From a virus: a stretch of 64,000 bases of DNA. The notes below the pieces were generated by a model that did no database searches, was not told where the DNA came from, and was given only the letters and a program-made list of their open reading frames with translations. Both the position numbers and the translations under genes were made by a program. Positions 40,456 to 50,042 of the stretch are shown one piece after another (position 1 is the stretch's first letter; each line of letters begins with the position of its first letter). Location of the stretch: the IMG/VR virus record IMGVR_UViG_3300032287_002972, positions 64,001 to 128,000 of that record. One strand, 5' to 3'.

Positions 40456-40680
40456 ATGTATAACAAACACATTTGGGAAGGGTGGACTGTTCGAGACTTT
40501 ATTAACGACCTCGAACCAACATTTAATTTAATCATGGAGGGTCAATCTCACATGAAACCTTTTAACAATGATAATGAACTAAAAGAGTGGTGTAAAGATA
40601 ACCAACCTTATTACAAAAAACACATTCCCGAAGTTTTCAATTATTTTAAAGGTAAAATAATAAATTACAGAGGTCTTTAA
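40456..40680 (+). CDS. Early hypothetical protein
   Basis: HIWEGWTV.DFI...WC..NQPYYKKHIPEV. Confidence 0.75.
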   Translation: MYNKHIWEGWTVRDFINDLEPTFNLIMEGQSHMKPFNNDNELKEWCKDNQPYYKKHIPEVFNYFKGKIINYRGL

Positions 40681-40691
40681 AACTATTTAAA

Positions 40692-40967
40692 ATGAGTAAC
40701 CAAAAAATTGTTCGTGATTTATCTAAAGAGTTTATTAGTAAAATAGACAACTACAATATAAGGGGGTGTTTTATTGATTTTAAAAAACCATTTAAAATAT
40801 ACGTTGAACAAGGTAGTGAAAACGTGAAACACTCTTATGTTGTTTATGGTATGGACGAAAAAGGTCTTTATACAAGTGATTTTGATATTCCATTAAGTGA
40901 TATTGAAGTTGAAACACTTGGGTATATTCTCGATGTTCTTGAATCAAATGAATTTATTATCGGTTAA
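40692..40967 (+). CDS. Early hypothetical protein
   Basis: Second gene in its cassette. Confidence 0.7.
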   Translation: MSNQKIVRDLSKEFISKIDNYNIRGCFIDFKKPFKIYVEQGSENVKHSYVVYGMDEKGLYTSDFDIPLSDIEVETLGYILDVLESNEFIIG

Positions 40968-41167
40968 ACTAAAATCCCCTTACGAAAGTTTGGGGAATTT
41001 TTTTGGGTCAAATCCAATTTAGTGGGGCAAGGAATGGTTAGGTCGTTGCCTCACTAATTCGAAATATGCACACGCTGTGGTAAAAAATGAATTAAAAATA
41101 GTATAAAATAAATTTGGTTATATGAAAACTTTGTTTTATCTTTGTCTAAACAAAAACAATAACAATT

Positions 41168-41626
41168 ATGGGATTTTTTTCATGGAAAACGAGTGATACT
41201 AATAAAAGTATCCCAAGTAATTACAGTAACAGAAGTACCTTTACTGTACACTTAATTACAAAAGACCGTCAAATTTTCACTGAATCCGATTATGAAGGTT
41301 ATGGTGTGTTTGGTGGTAAAGATTTTTACGAACTTGTTGCGGAACTGAATGGAATTACAGAAGGAACTACTGACGAAAAAAGAAGTGAAGGGATTGATAT
41401 TTGTTTCAAAGATAATCCAAGTGGTGAGTTTAACGGAACATTTGAATATCCAAAATTGGTTGAGGAACTACCAAGTGAATCTCGTTGGGAAGAACAATGG
41501 GAAAGATTACCTTATCCTGAAAATTGTGAACATCAGGGATTTTTTTACGGTGATGAGGAAGAAGAAGAAGAAGAAGAAGAAGAATATGAATTTGAGGAAG
41601 AAGAAGAAGAATTTGAGGAAAAGTAA
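41168..41626 (+). CDS. Conserved phage protein with poly-Glu tail
   Basis: MGFFSW.T.DT...YEGYGVFGGKDFY...QGFFY; (GAA)n tail. Confidence 0.75.
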   Translation: MGFFSWKTSDTNKSIPSNYSNRSTFTVHLITKDRQIFTESDYEGYGVFGGKDFYELVAELNGITEGTTDEKRSEGIDICFKDNPSGEFNGTFEYPKLVEELPSESRWEEQWERLPYPENCEHQGFFYGDEEEEEEEEEEYEFEEEEEEFEEK

Positions 41627-41874
41627 TTAAATTAGTCCCGTATCATTTATTTGATACGGGATTTTTTATGATCGAAAATGAATTTAGTGAGGCAAACAAA
41701 ACGTATGACATTGCCCCACTAAATTCGGACTTGCTGTTGCACACTATTAATCTTTTGCCTCACTAAATTTGAACTCAGCACACGCTGTGGTAAAAAATGA
41801 ATTAAAAATAATATAAAATAAATTTGGTTATATGGAATTATTGTTTTATCTTTGACGAAACAAAAACAGACAAG

Positions 41875-42081
41875 ATGAAAAAACAAAAAGGTGTTCAAGT
41901 ATTATCCCCTGACGGGATAACAATCGAGTTTGGGTCTTTCTATTATGAGAATATGAAAGAAGCGAAAAGGGGTTTTGAACGGTGGAAAAAAAGATTTGAA
42001 AATCAGGGTTTTTACAGTTCAAATAACGGTAGAATCCCTTTAGATGAATTAGAAAAACATTGTCAATTTAAACCTATTTAA
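41875..42081 (+). CDS. Early hypothetical protein
   Basis: VLSPDG...RFENQGFYSS. Confidence 0.7.
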   Translation: MKKQKGVQVLSPDGITIEFGSFYYENMKEAKRGFERWKKRFENQGFYSSNNGRIPLDELEKHCQFKPI

Positions 42082-42084
42082 AAA

Positions 42085-42405
42085 ATGGAAAAGTTTAATC
42101 AAGTATGTGTTTGGGAAGGTACTACTGTTGGTGTTGGGTCTGAACAAGAATTTGTTGATTGGTTAAAACAAGTGTTTGGTGTGAGAGGTAAATATTTGGA
42201 AGAGGTGGAAACTTTACCTACACGAAATGAACCAAACACGGGTGGTAGAATTGATTTATTCTTTAGTGTACATGATGATGACATACCTAAATTTGCGGTA
42301 TCGAGGATTCTTTATGGTATTAGGTGGTGGGAAGACGTTTTAGGAAACGGTGGTGGTCAACTGTACGATGATACCGTATTACATAGGTATCCTAAGAGTT
42401 GGTAA
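42085..42405 (+). CDS. Early hypothetical protein
   Basis: GGRIDLFF...FAV.R...GIRWWEDV. Confidence 0.7.
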   Translation: MEKFNQVCVWEGTTVGVGSEQEFVDWLKQVFGVRGKYLEEVETLPTRNEPNTGGRIDLFFSVHDDDIPKFAVSRILYGIRWWEDVLGNGGGQLYDDTVLHRYPKSW

Positions 42406-42652
42406 TTAATCCCAAAAGTCCGTATCATTTATTTGATACGGATTTTTTATGATCGAAAATGAATTTAGTGAGGCAAACAAAACGTATGACATTGCCCCAC
42501 TAAATTCGGACTTGCTGTTGCTCACTATTAATCTTTTGCCCCACTAAATTTGAACTCTGCACGTGCTGTACTACAAAATAAAAAAAAGTATAAAATAAAT
42601 TTGGTATAATGAAAACTTTGTTATATATTTGTGGTATCAAAAAACAAACAAG

Positions 42653-42907
42653 ATGAAAGATGGAAAAATCACCTTATTAAAAGGTGAAGGAGCTCACCAA
42701 CATACTTTGTATGGTAGGTTTGAGGTCAAAAAAGATTTTACCGATTTTACAGAAGTTGACGTACTCGAATGTCAATTAAGACATGAACTACCAAACGGTA
42801 CATTTGGTGAACACAATACACTAAATGTAGAAAGTGGTGAATGGGTCATGGGTAAACAAGTTGAGTATAATCCTTTGAGTAAAAAGGTTACAAGAATTTG
42901 GGATTAA
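42653..42907 (+). CDS. His-containing small protein of the type seen next to DUF6745 genes
   Basis: GEGAHQH...H.....EH...QVEYNP.....IWD. Confidence 0.6.
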   Translation: MKDGKITLLKGEGAHQHTLYGRFEVKKDFTDFTEVDVLECQLRHELPNGTFGEHNTLNVESGEWVMGKQVEYNPLSKKVTRIWD

Positions 42908-42996
42908 TCAAAAAAAGACTATCTACCTTTACTATATCTTAAATAATGGTAGATAGTCTTTTTATCTTTTTCATTATATTTATAATAAAAAGTATA

Positions 42997-43596
42997 ATGA
43001 AAAAGATAAGAGAAGTTTTAGCACCAAACCAAAAAATTTTTACAACTAAAGGTGAAGAAACATCGTGGTCATTTTTACATGATGTTGAATACAAAAAATA
43101 CGGTAAAACCGTGAGAAGAATAATTAAAGTTAAATGTGAATGTGGTAGAATTAAAGATGTTCAATATAACAACATTCGTGGAGGTCATTCAAAATGTTGT
43201 GGTTTTGATCCTTGTCGAATACCATATAATAAACATAGAAGAAATCCTGAAACCACATATAATGTACTTTATTATACATACAAAAAAGGTGCGTTAAAAA
43301 GACATTTACCTTTTGAATTAAGTATAGACCAATTTAAAACATTTTTAGATAAAAATTGTTTTTATTGTGATGAAATACCTTCAAGTGTATATGAAATTAG
43401 AAACAGTCAAACAGGTAGAATTAGGGCTGGTTTACCATTAACATATAATGGTATTGATAGAATGGATAATAATATTGGATACACGATGGATAATTCCGTA
43501 ACTTGTTGTATTACTTGTAATAGAATGAAACTGGCGTTAGGTTATCAAGATTTTTTAAATCATGTTGAAAAAATATACAAAAAAATGTACAAATAA
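42997..43596 (+). CDS. HNH-type homing endonuclease
   Basis: CECG, CFYC, NGIDRMDNNIGYTMDNSVTCCITCNRMK; own ATATTTATA motif upstream. Confidence 0.8.
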   Translation: MKKIREVLAPNQKIFTTKGEETSWSFLHDVEYKKYGKTVRRIIKVKCECGRIKDVQYNNIRGGHSKCCGFDPCRIPYNKHRRNPETTYNVLYYTYKKGALKRHLPFELSIDQFKTFLDKNCFYCDEIPSSVYEIRNSQTGRIRAGLPLTYNGIDRMDNNIGYTMDNSVTCCITCNRMKLALGYQDFLNHVEKIYKKMYK

Positions 43597-43666
43597 ATTT
43601 GAAAATATAAAATTTATATTTGTATATTTGTGTTGTTATTTACTTATTAACTCAAAAAAATTCATA

Positions 43667-44074
43667 ATGAATCCTGAAGTACATTCAAAAAGTTCAGTAA
43701 AAAGATGGGGTGGTAAAATTTCTGATTATTTGGACATACATATTCTTTTAGATAGTCCAAAATCAACAATGAACAATAATAGTTCAAGGTTACTCACTCA
43801 CAATACATGGTTTGCGTATCACATTATACCCAAAATATTTGGTTACAATATAACCAATAGTGACGGAAAAAGTGTTGATACTGTTGACGTGGCGATGTTA
43901 CACATAGCCGAAGACTTTAGAATGAAATTTGTACCTACCCCACAAGATTATTTAAAACATTTAGATGTTCAACCGTGGATGTGTAATGGTATAAAAGATT
44001 TAGGTAGTAAAGAAGGAACTGAAATTGTTAAAAACTTAAACCAAAAACTAAAAGATGAAAACTCAAACAGTTGA
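43667..44074 (+). CDS. DUF6915-like protein
   Basis: P..HSKSSVKRWGG...DY..IH..LD.....R..TH...HIAED. Confidence 0.7.
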   Translation: MNPEVHSKSSVKRWGGKISDYLDIHILLDSPKSTMNNNSSRLLTHNTWFAYHIIPKIFGYNITNSDGKSVDTVDVAMLHIAEDFRMKFVPTPQDYLKHLDVQPWMCNGIKDLGSKEGTEIVKNLNQKLKDENSNS

Positions 44075-44711
44075 ATTAGAAGAAAGTTTAAAACTATGGA
44101 AAAAATCAATGATTGACCATTGTATTATGGATTTTTCATGTGGTGGTGATTCTATGAATGAATTTACTTTTGTATTTTATGATGAAAATAAAAATGTATT
44201 ACGTTCTGAAGACATTGAAACCATTGATAAATTTTTTGAAGAAGAAGTTTTTGATAAGGTAGATTTTTATGTAAATTCTGACGGTCACTACTTGGGTGAA
44301 TTTGGAACGGTACATATTGAATTGAATAATGATGGTGATGATTTTGAATATTCAAAAGATTCTTCATCTGAATATTCTGAATCCGTTACCGAAGAATTTA
44401 TATTCCAATTAACTGATGATGAGTATGACTTACTTAGTGAAAAAATTTCAGATTTTAATGGTGATACTTCGGGACTTGTTGTAAACTACAATTTGGATTG
44501 TATTATTACCGATAAAGAAATAATCACTATGAATGATTTTGAAAAGAAAATTATTAACTTTGTTCTTGATGTTGAATTTGAACATGGTTTTGAGGAGGCT
44601 CAAGAAGAAAGTGAAACTTTTGAATGTAATGTTCAAGATGTATTAAACGAAAATAAGACGATAGAACTTATTATAACTAGGTCGTATTACGTCACTGTTA
44701 CTAATGATTAA
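44055..44711 (+). CDS. Acidic DUF6878-like protein
   Basis: FSCGGDS...G.FGTV; follows the DUF6915-like gene. Confidence 0.55.
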   Translation: MKTQTVELEESLKLWKKSMIDHCIMDFSCGGDSMNEFTFVFYDENKNVLRSEDIETIDKFFEEEVFDKVDFYVNSDGHYLGEFGTVHIELNNDGDDFEYSKDSSSEYSESVTEEFIFQLTDDEYDLLSEKISDFNGDTSGLVVNYNLDCIITDKEIITMNDFEKKIINFVLDVEFEHGFEEAQEESETFECNVQDVLNENKTIELIITRSYYVTVTND

Positions 44712-44776
44712 TAAATCTATTTAAGAATCCCTAACTATTTTGTTAGGGATTCAAAAACAAAACAAAAACAAACAAG

Positions 44777-45484
44777 ATGAAAATAGTTATTGATAATGTT
44801 GAGTTTCCTTTCAATGAAGGTTGTAAACTCCTCAAACTAAAACATGGTTCAAATACTGAAAGTCCTTTTAAAGAGATTGAAGACTTTTGGAACGAAATTG
44901 AACCATTAACATTTAAAGAAATTATTACCACATTTAATAACGTGGAACAAAGGAGAATAGCCTTATCCTATTTAGGTTTAGAAAATCTTTCAAAAGAAAT
45001 CAATTCTAAATTGGTTTCAAGTGAAACAATTTCAAAAGAAACTACATGGGTCAATAAAGAAGGTGTTACCGAAACAATTAAGTTTGAAGACAAATATGAA
45101 TTATATTCTGTTGACCCAAAAGAATTAGGGTATCATGAACAACACGTTTGGTATAATGGGAGTATCAATATGGGAAATTACCATTACCTTAAATTTAAAG
45201 ATACGTCAACCGATAGAGAATATTTACTTTGGGTGGATTGTGGAAACATAATTAGAACGAAATCCGAAGGAAAAAATAATGATACACATTTACGCACAAT
45301 TCATGTTGACGCCATTGACGCCATCGCATGGACAATTCAAACTAATCTAAAAAAGGGTGACATTGAAAAAATTATCCGTCAAGGTGATTGTATCTTACTG
45401 AAAAGAAAAAAAGGTGTTGAAACTGATGTTGTAAGACATTTAACAAGTGACGAATATCGTTCTTTACTTGTATTGGAAAGTTAA
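44777..45484 (+). CDS. DUF6745-like protein
   Basis: NVEQRR, DTSTDREYLLWV, AIAWT, RQGD. Confidence 0.6.
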   Translation: MKIVIDNVEFPFNEGCKLLKLKHGSNTESPFKEIEDFWNEIEPLTFKEIITTFNNVEQRRIALSYLGLENLSKEINSKLVSSETISKETTWVNKEGVTETIKFEDKYELYSVDPKELGYHEQHVWYNGSINMGNYHYLKFKDTSTDREYLLWVDCGNIIRTKSEGKNNDTHLRTIHVDAIDAIAWTIQTNLKKGDIEKIIRQGDCILLKRKKGVETDVVRHLTSDEYRSLLVLES

Positions 45485-45573
45485 ATTTTCATTCTTGATT
45501 TTTGTTTAAAATCCCTGACTAATTTGTCGGGGATTTTTCTTATCTTTGTTTAAACTTTAAAAAACCAAAACGT

Positions 45574-46464
45574 ATGACAAAAAATGTAGTATCCTTATTC
45601 GATGGAATGAGTAGTTTACAAATATCCTTGAGAAACTTGGGTATTGAAATTGATAACTATTATGCTTCTGAAATTGAACCCGACCCAATTAAAGTAACAT
45701 TATCCAATTTCCCTAAAACAAAATATCTTGGTGATGTTAGATATATTGATACGTCAACCCTATACAATATATGGTTGTTAGGTGCAGGGTCACCATGTAC
45801 AGATTTTTCTTTAATGGGTTTGAGAAAAGGTTTATTAGATATTCATACTTTAGATGAATATCTTAGATTGAAACATGAAGGTTTTGATTTCGGGAATACT
45901 CAATCTATTTTGTTCTTTGAGTTTCTAAGAATCTTAAAAGAATTAAACCCAACGTACTTTTTTTTGGAGAACGTGGTATTAAAAGGAGAATTTAAAAAGT
46001 ACGAGAAAATGATTTCTGAATACTTAGGGGTTGAACCAATGATTATAAATAGTTCTTTGGTTTCATCACAAAATAGAGAAAGATGTTATTGGACAAATAT
46101 CCCGAATGTAAGTGTTCCAAAAGATAGAAAGATTTATTCTTTTGATGTTATTCCTAATTCAATTAGTTGTGGTGTTAGAGGTGTAATGAATAAAGATGAA
46201 GGTAAGTATATTCAAAAATTAACCTTTAGAAAAGATGATAAATTTAACTGTTTGGTTACGAATCCCCATTCAACAAATTTAGTTAAGGTTGGGAATGAGG
46301 ATATAAGAAAAATAACTATCGAAGAATCTGAAAGAATCCAAACAGTTCCCGTTGGTTATACTAATGTTGAAGGTGTTTCCGATTCAAGTAAATATAAAAT
46401 GATTGGTAATGGTTGGACAATTAATGTTATTGACCATTTGTTAGAACCATTAATTAATGAATAG
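45574..46464 (+). CDS. DNA (cytosine-5) methyltransferase
   Basis: SLFDG (motif I), GSPC (IV), LENV (VI), QNRER (VIII), IGNG (X). Confidence 0.9.
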   Translation: MTKNVVSLFDGMSSLQISLRNLGIEIDNYYASEIEPDPIKVTLSNFPKTKYLGDVRYIDTSTLYNIWLLGAGSPCTDFSLMGLRKGLLDIHTLDEYLRLKHEGFDFGNTQSILFFEFLRILKELNPTYFFLENVVLKGEFKKYEKMISEYLGVEPMIINSSLVSSQNRERCYWTNIPNVSVPKDRKIYSFDVIPNSISCGVRGVMNKDEGKYIQKLTFRKDDKFNCLVTNPHSTNLVKVGNEDIRKITIEESERIQTVPVGYTNVEGVSDSSKYKMIGNGWTINVIDHLLEPLINE

Positions 46465-46782
46465 TTTACTTTCTATTTGGTTTTGTGTATAATTACCATT
46501 ATTGTGTTATCACAAAATTTATCTTTGGTTTGAGGGTGGAATTTTTTTCACCCTTTTTTTTATACCTGAAAATGAATTTAGTGGGGCAAGTTGTAACAAA
46601 TAAATGCTTAATTTGTTACAACACAAATTTAGTGGGGCAAGGATTGGAAACGGGGTTGCCCCACTAAATTCAAAATTTACGCACGGAGTAAAAAATAATT
46701 ATAAAAAAAGTATAAAAAACATTTGGTTATATCAAATATTCTTTTTATCTTTGTATTATTAAATAACTAAAACAATAACATC

Positions 46783-47088
46783 ATGGCATTTTACGGCGAC
46801 GGGAAACACAATGAGAACATGGAAAAAACAACTCCAGTTTTAAGAGAGTTTATTTTTAATTTAGACCAAAAGGTCACTACATGGATGAGAACAGAATTTA
46901 CGATTGAAGCGGAAACATTGACTGAAGCAAAAGAACTTGCAATTAAGTTTCATTTAGATGGAGAAACAGAAGAAATTGAATGGAAACAAATTGAGGGGTG
47001 TTATGAAAAATTAGACATAGAAGATAACTTTAATGACCCTACGGAAGAAATTTTCTTTAACGGTCTTATTGTATATTCTAACAAGTAA
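46783..47088 (+). CDS. Acidic hypothetical protein
   Basis: Promoter-ORF-terminator. Confidence 0.7.
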   Translation: MAFYGDGKHNENMEKTTPVLREFIFNLDQKVTTWMRTEFTIEAETLTEAKELAIKFHLDGETEEIEWKQIEGCYEKLDIEDNFNDPTEEIFFNGLIVYSNK

Positions 47089-47246
47089 TAAAAAAGGGTG
47101 GGAAGAAATTTCCACCTTTTTTTGTTTATGTGTATTACGTCACCAACTTACATTCGTGTATTACCTGAGCGGTAAAAAAAAGTATAAAAAATATTTGGTT
47201 ATATGAAATTATTGTTTTATCTTTGTGGAAACAAAAACGAACAACT

Positions 47247-47471
47247 ATGAGGTATCAAATTAAAAGAGAATGTTGGAACGAAAAAACGTTCAACGGTTAT
47301 CAAGACAATCCATATTGGAGAATTGATTTTCAAGATATGGGGTATGTTTTATTAGATGATGGTAGAGTATGGTGTACTAATGGTATGGAAATTTCAGACC
47401 CTGTTTTAGATGATATTAGGACAATTATTAAGGAATGTAAACTTAATATTGAATCACTAATAAAACTATAA
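47247..47471 (+). CDS. Hypothetical protein
   Basis: Follows a promoter. Confidence 0.65.
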   Translation: MRYQIKRECWNEKTFNGYQDNPYWRIDFQDMGYVLLDDGRVWCTNGMEISDPVLDDIRTIIKECKLNIESLIKL

Positions 47472-47474
47472 ACA

Positions 47475-47753
47475 ATGAAAAAAACAGAATTGATTAATTA
47501 CATTCAAGGGGTTGTTAAAACGTATGGTGAATTTTCAACCGCTGACGTTGAAGCAGATTCAAGTCCCGTTATTAAATCATTACGGAACACACACTTATTA
47601 GCAGAAGTTTTTGGTGAAGAAAAAGTAACGGCGGTTTTATATGTCGATGACAATGATGTTGATGAGGAATATATTAGTTATGATGAGTTAAGTAAAGATG
47701 TGTTGAAAGAAATTTCTTTACTATGTAAACAATGGGAATTACAGGAAAAATAA
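47475..47753 (+). CDS. Hypothetical protein
   Basis: Coupled ORF. Confidence 0.65.
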   Translation: MKKTELINYIQGVVKTYGEFSTADVEADSSPVIKSLRNTHLLAEVFGEEKVTAVLYVDDNDVDEEYISYDELSKDVLKEISLLCKQWELQEK

Positions 47754-47818
47754 ATATAAAAAATGTTTGGTTATTTCAAATATTCTTTTTATCTTTGACG
47801 AAACAAAAACGGTAAATT

Positions 47819-48013
47819 ATGAAACTAAAGTTTGAAGTAAAATGTAATTGGTGTGATTGGGAAGGTTACGAAGACGATTTGACATTAGAAGTAGATTTGT
47901 CCGATAACTTAATTTCACACGACGTACAGTATAGGAAAGTTTGTCCTGAATGTTTATCAGAGGATCATTTAATGGATATTGAATCTGATGAATTAACATC
48001 TAAAATAGATTAA
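47819..48013 (+). CDS. Small zinc-finger protein
   Basis: CNWC...CPEC. Confidence 0.7.
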   Translation: MKLKFEVKCNWCDWEGYEDDLTLEVDLSDNLISHDVQYRKVCPECLSEDHLMDIESDELTSKID

Positions 48014-48016
48014 ATT

Positions 48017-48196
48017 GGTAAGGTGGCGGAATGTTTAAACAACCCCGTTCCAGACGGGAAAATAACGTGGTTCGAATCCACTACGGGGTTAATGTTTAAA
48101 CTTGGTTAGACGCACCATAATAATAATATTTGGAAGGAGATAAGAATGGCGCTTACCCTAAACCAAATTTTACGGGTTCGAATCCCGTCCTTACCG
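48017..48196 (+). ncRNA. tRNA-like RNA with a nested mini-tRNA in the D-loop and a replaced anticodon arm
   Basis: GGTAAGG/CCTTACC acceptor, TGGCGGAAT...TGGTTAGACGC, ACGGG-TTCGAAT-CCCGT. Confidence 0.7.
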
Positions 48197-48386
48197 CGAC
48201 AGTTAGCGGATTATACTTGGTAGTTCTTGTAAAGTCTGACTATACGTGAGGTGGTTTTTTTAACTTTCCACCAGTAGTGTTCAAAACTAAAAGTTAATGC
48301 AGGTTAATAAAGGGGTAAGGGAAAGTCTAACTATCGAGTACCTTACAACCTACTGTATAAAATGTACATATTTAAAATTGATTATT

Positions 48387-48770
48387 ATGGAAACCAATTT
48401 CAAAATTCCTAAATTTATAAATAATAACAATTCATTTGAAAAGATTGGATATGATGAATATTGTATTACATATCTTAAAGGACTTAAAGTCCATCAATTA
48501 AGGATTGTTGTGAATGGATATTTAACCAAACAATCAATAAACATTATTGATTTTAGTTCAGGATATAAAAACAAAATATTAATTGGTATTAAAGAATATC
48601 TTACAAACGGTAAGGATAGTAAAAATAAAGTCACTAAAAAAGTTACACTGTATTACTTAGAAACTTTTTATTCAAAAAAAATAATTCATAATGTTAAATC
48701 ATTCTTATTACCTATTAATAAAGAAGAGTCAAGAGATAAATTAACTGAATTTGGATTAATCAATTTATAG
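48387..48770 (+). CDS. Hypothetical protein between two tRNA-like elements
   Basis: ATG at 48387 preferred. Confidence 0.6.
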   Translation: METNFKIPKFINNNNSFEKIGYDEYCITYLKGLKVHQLRIVVNGYLTKQSINIIDFSSGYKNKILIGIKEYLTNGKDSKNKVTKKVTLYYLETFYSKKIIHNVKSFLLPINKEESRDKLTEFGLINL

Positions 48771-48866
48771 TAAGGTGGTGGAATTGGTTAGACACACCGA
48801 AAGGTAGGTACGGTATGGATCCCGATTAAATAATCCTAAATACGGGTTCGAATCCCGTCCTTACTA
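48769..48866 (+). ncRNA. tRNA-like RNA without a canonical anticodon arm
   Basis: AGTAAGG/CCTTACT, GTGGAATTGGTTAGACAC, ACC-GAAA-GGT, ACGGG-TTCGAAT-CCCGT. Confidence 0.7.
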
Positions 48867-49118
48867 CATATTCTCGATTTCTGTTTATAGTTGTTGTAAT
48901 TACGTTTTTGGTTTGAGGGTAGGAAGAAAAATCCTACCCTTTTTTTATGCTTAATTGAATTTAGTGGGGCAAGGATTGGAACGGAGGTTGCCCCACTAAA
49001 TTCAAACTATATTGTTACCTGGTTCAAAAAAATACTTATAAAAAACTATAAAAAACATTTGGTTATATGGGATTTTATTTTTATCTTTGTTAAGTATTTA
49101 TAACTAAAAAACTTTGAC

Positions 49119-50042
49119 ATGAATAAACAAATTAGAGAAGACATTAATCGAGTGATTGAACTAAATAAAATTTTAGAATCACAATCAGAAATGGGAGAAA
49201 GTGGATTTAGTTCTGTTGGGAGACAACTTAGGGGTCTTAATCCTAAAGTCCAAACAATTGCAATTCTTACGGGTGAAAATCCTTGTGCAGTAAAGTTAAC
49301 ACCACAAGAGAATACTGAACTAAATAGAAAATTAACCGACTATTTAGGGAAGGAATATTACGATTTTATTAACGGTAAACGTATAGGTTATAGACCCGTA
49401 AAAGGTATGTATGGTTCACCAGAAAATAGTTATATTGTAAATAATATTACTAAAGATGATGCAATGAAAATTGGTAGTGATTTTGAACAAGAAAGTATTG
49501 TCTATGGTGAAAGATATGAAGAAGGTGATGAATATGGAATGAAATTCCAATTAATTGTAAGTCACCCATGTCCTACAACAGAAGATCCCGTTGGTACTGT
49601 ATGGGGTGAAACAAAAGTTTTTATTAATGTAAGAAAAAATGCAGATGATTTTTACACCGAAGTTAAGGGTCGTAAATTTTCAATACCTTTCTTTGGTGCA
49701 GATAAGTACGACAAAGATTTAGATACTGATGGAAAAGAACAGAAAGACCAAGACGGAGAAATTAAATTAAAAAAAGTTGGGTATAGTGATTATAGTAAAG
49801 CCGGTTGGGAAAAAGATAGTGGTAAAATAAAAGATATTGATTTTACTCCCGAACCTATTAATGAAACTTTTGACTATAAGGGAACTGTATATAAACCGAA
49901 CCAAAATTATAAAAATATCCCTAATGAATTAAACGAACAAATTGATAGGGCTCTACGTGGTAGTTTAAATTCTCCAAATCCTCCAAGTAGAAAAATAAGA
50001 AGGGCGTTTGTTATGACTAAATTAAGAAAGTATAAAGATTAA
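49119..50042 (+). CDS. DUF3293-like protein with virion-type leader
   Basis: ILTGENP...EN...N..L...GMYGSPENSY...FEQESIV; IREDINRVIEL..ILE. Confidence 0.6.
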   Translation: MNKQIREDINRVIELNKILESQSEMGESGFSSVGRQLRGLNPKVQTIAILTGENPCAVKLTPQENTELNRKLTDYLGKEYYDFINGKRIGYRPVKGMYGSPENSYIVNNITKDDAMKIGSDFEQESIVYGERYEEGDEYGMKFQLIVSHPCPTTEDPVGTVWGETKVFINVRKNADDFYTEVKGRKFSIPFFGADKYDKDLDTDGKEQKDQDGEIKLKKVGYSDYSKAGWEKDSGKIKDIDFTPEPINETFDYKGTVYKPNQNYKNIPNELNEQIDRALRGSLNSPNPPSRKIRRAFVMTKLRKYKD

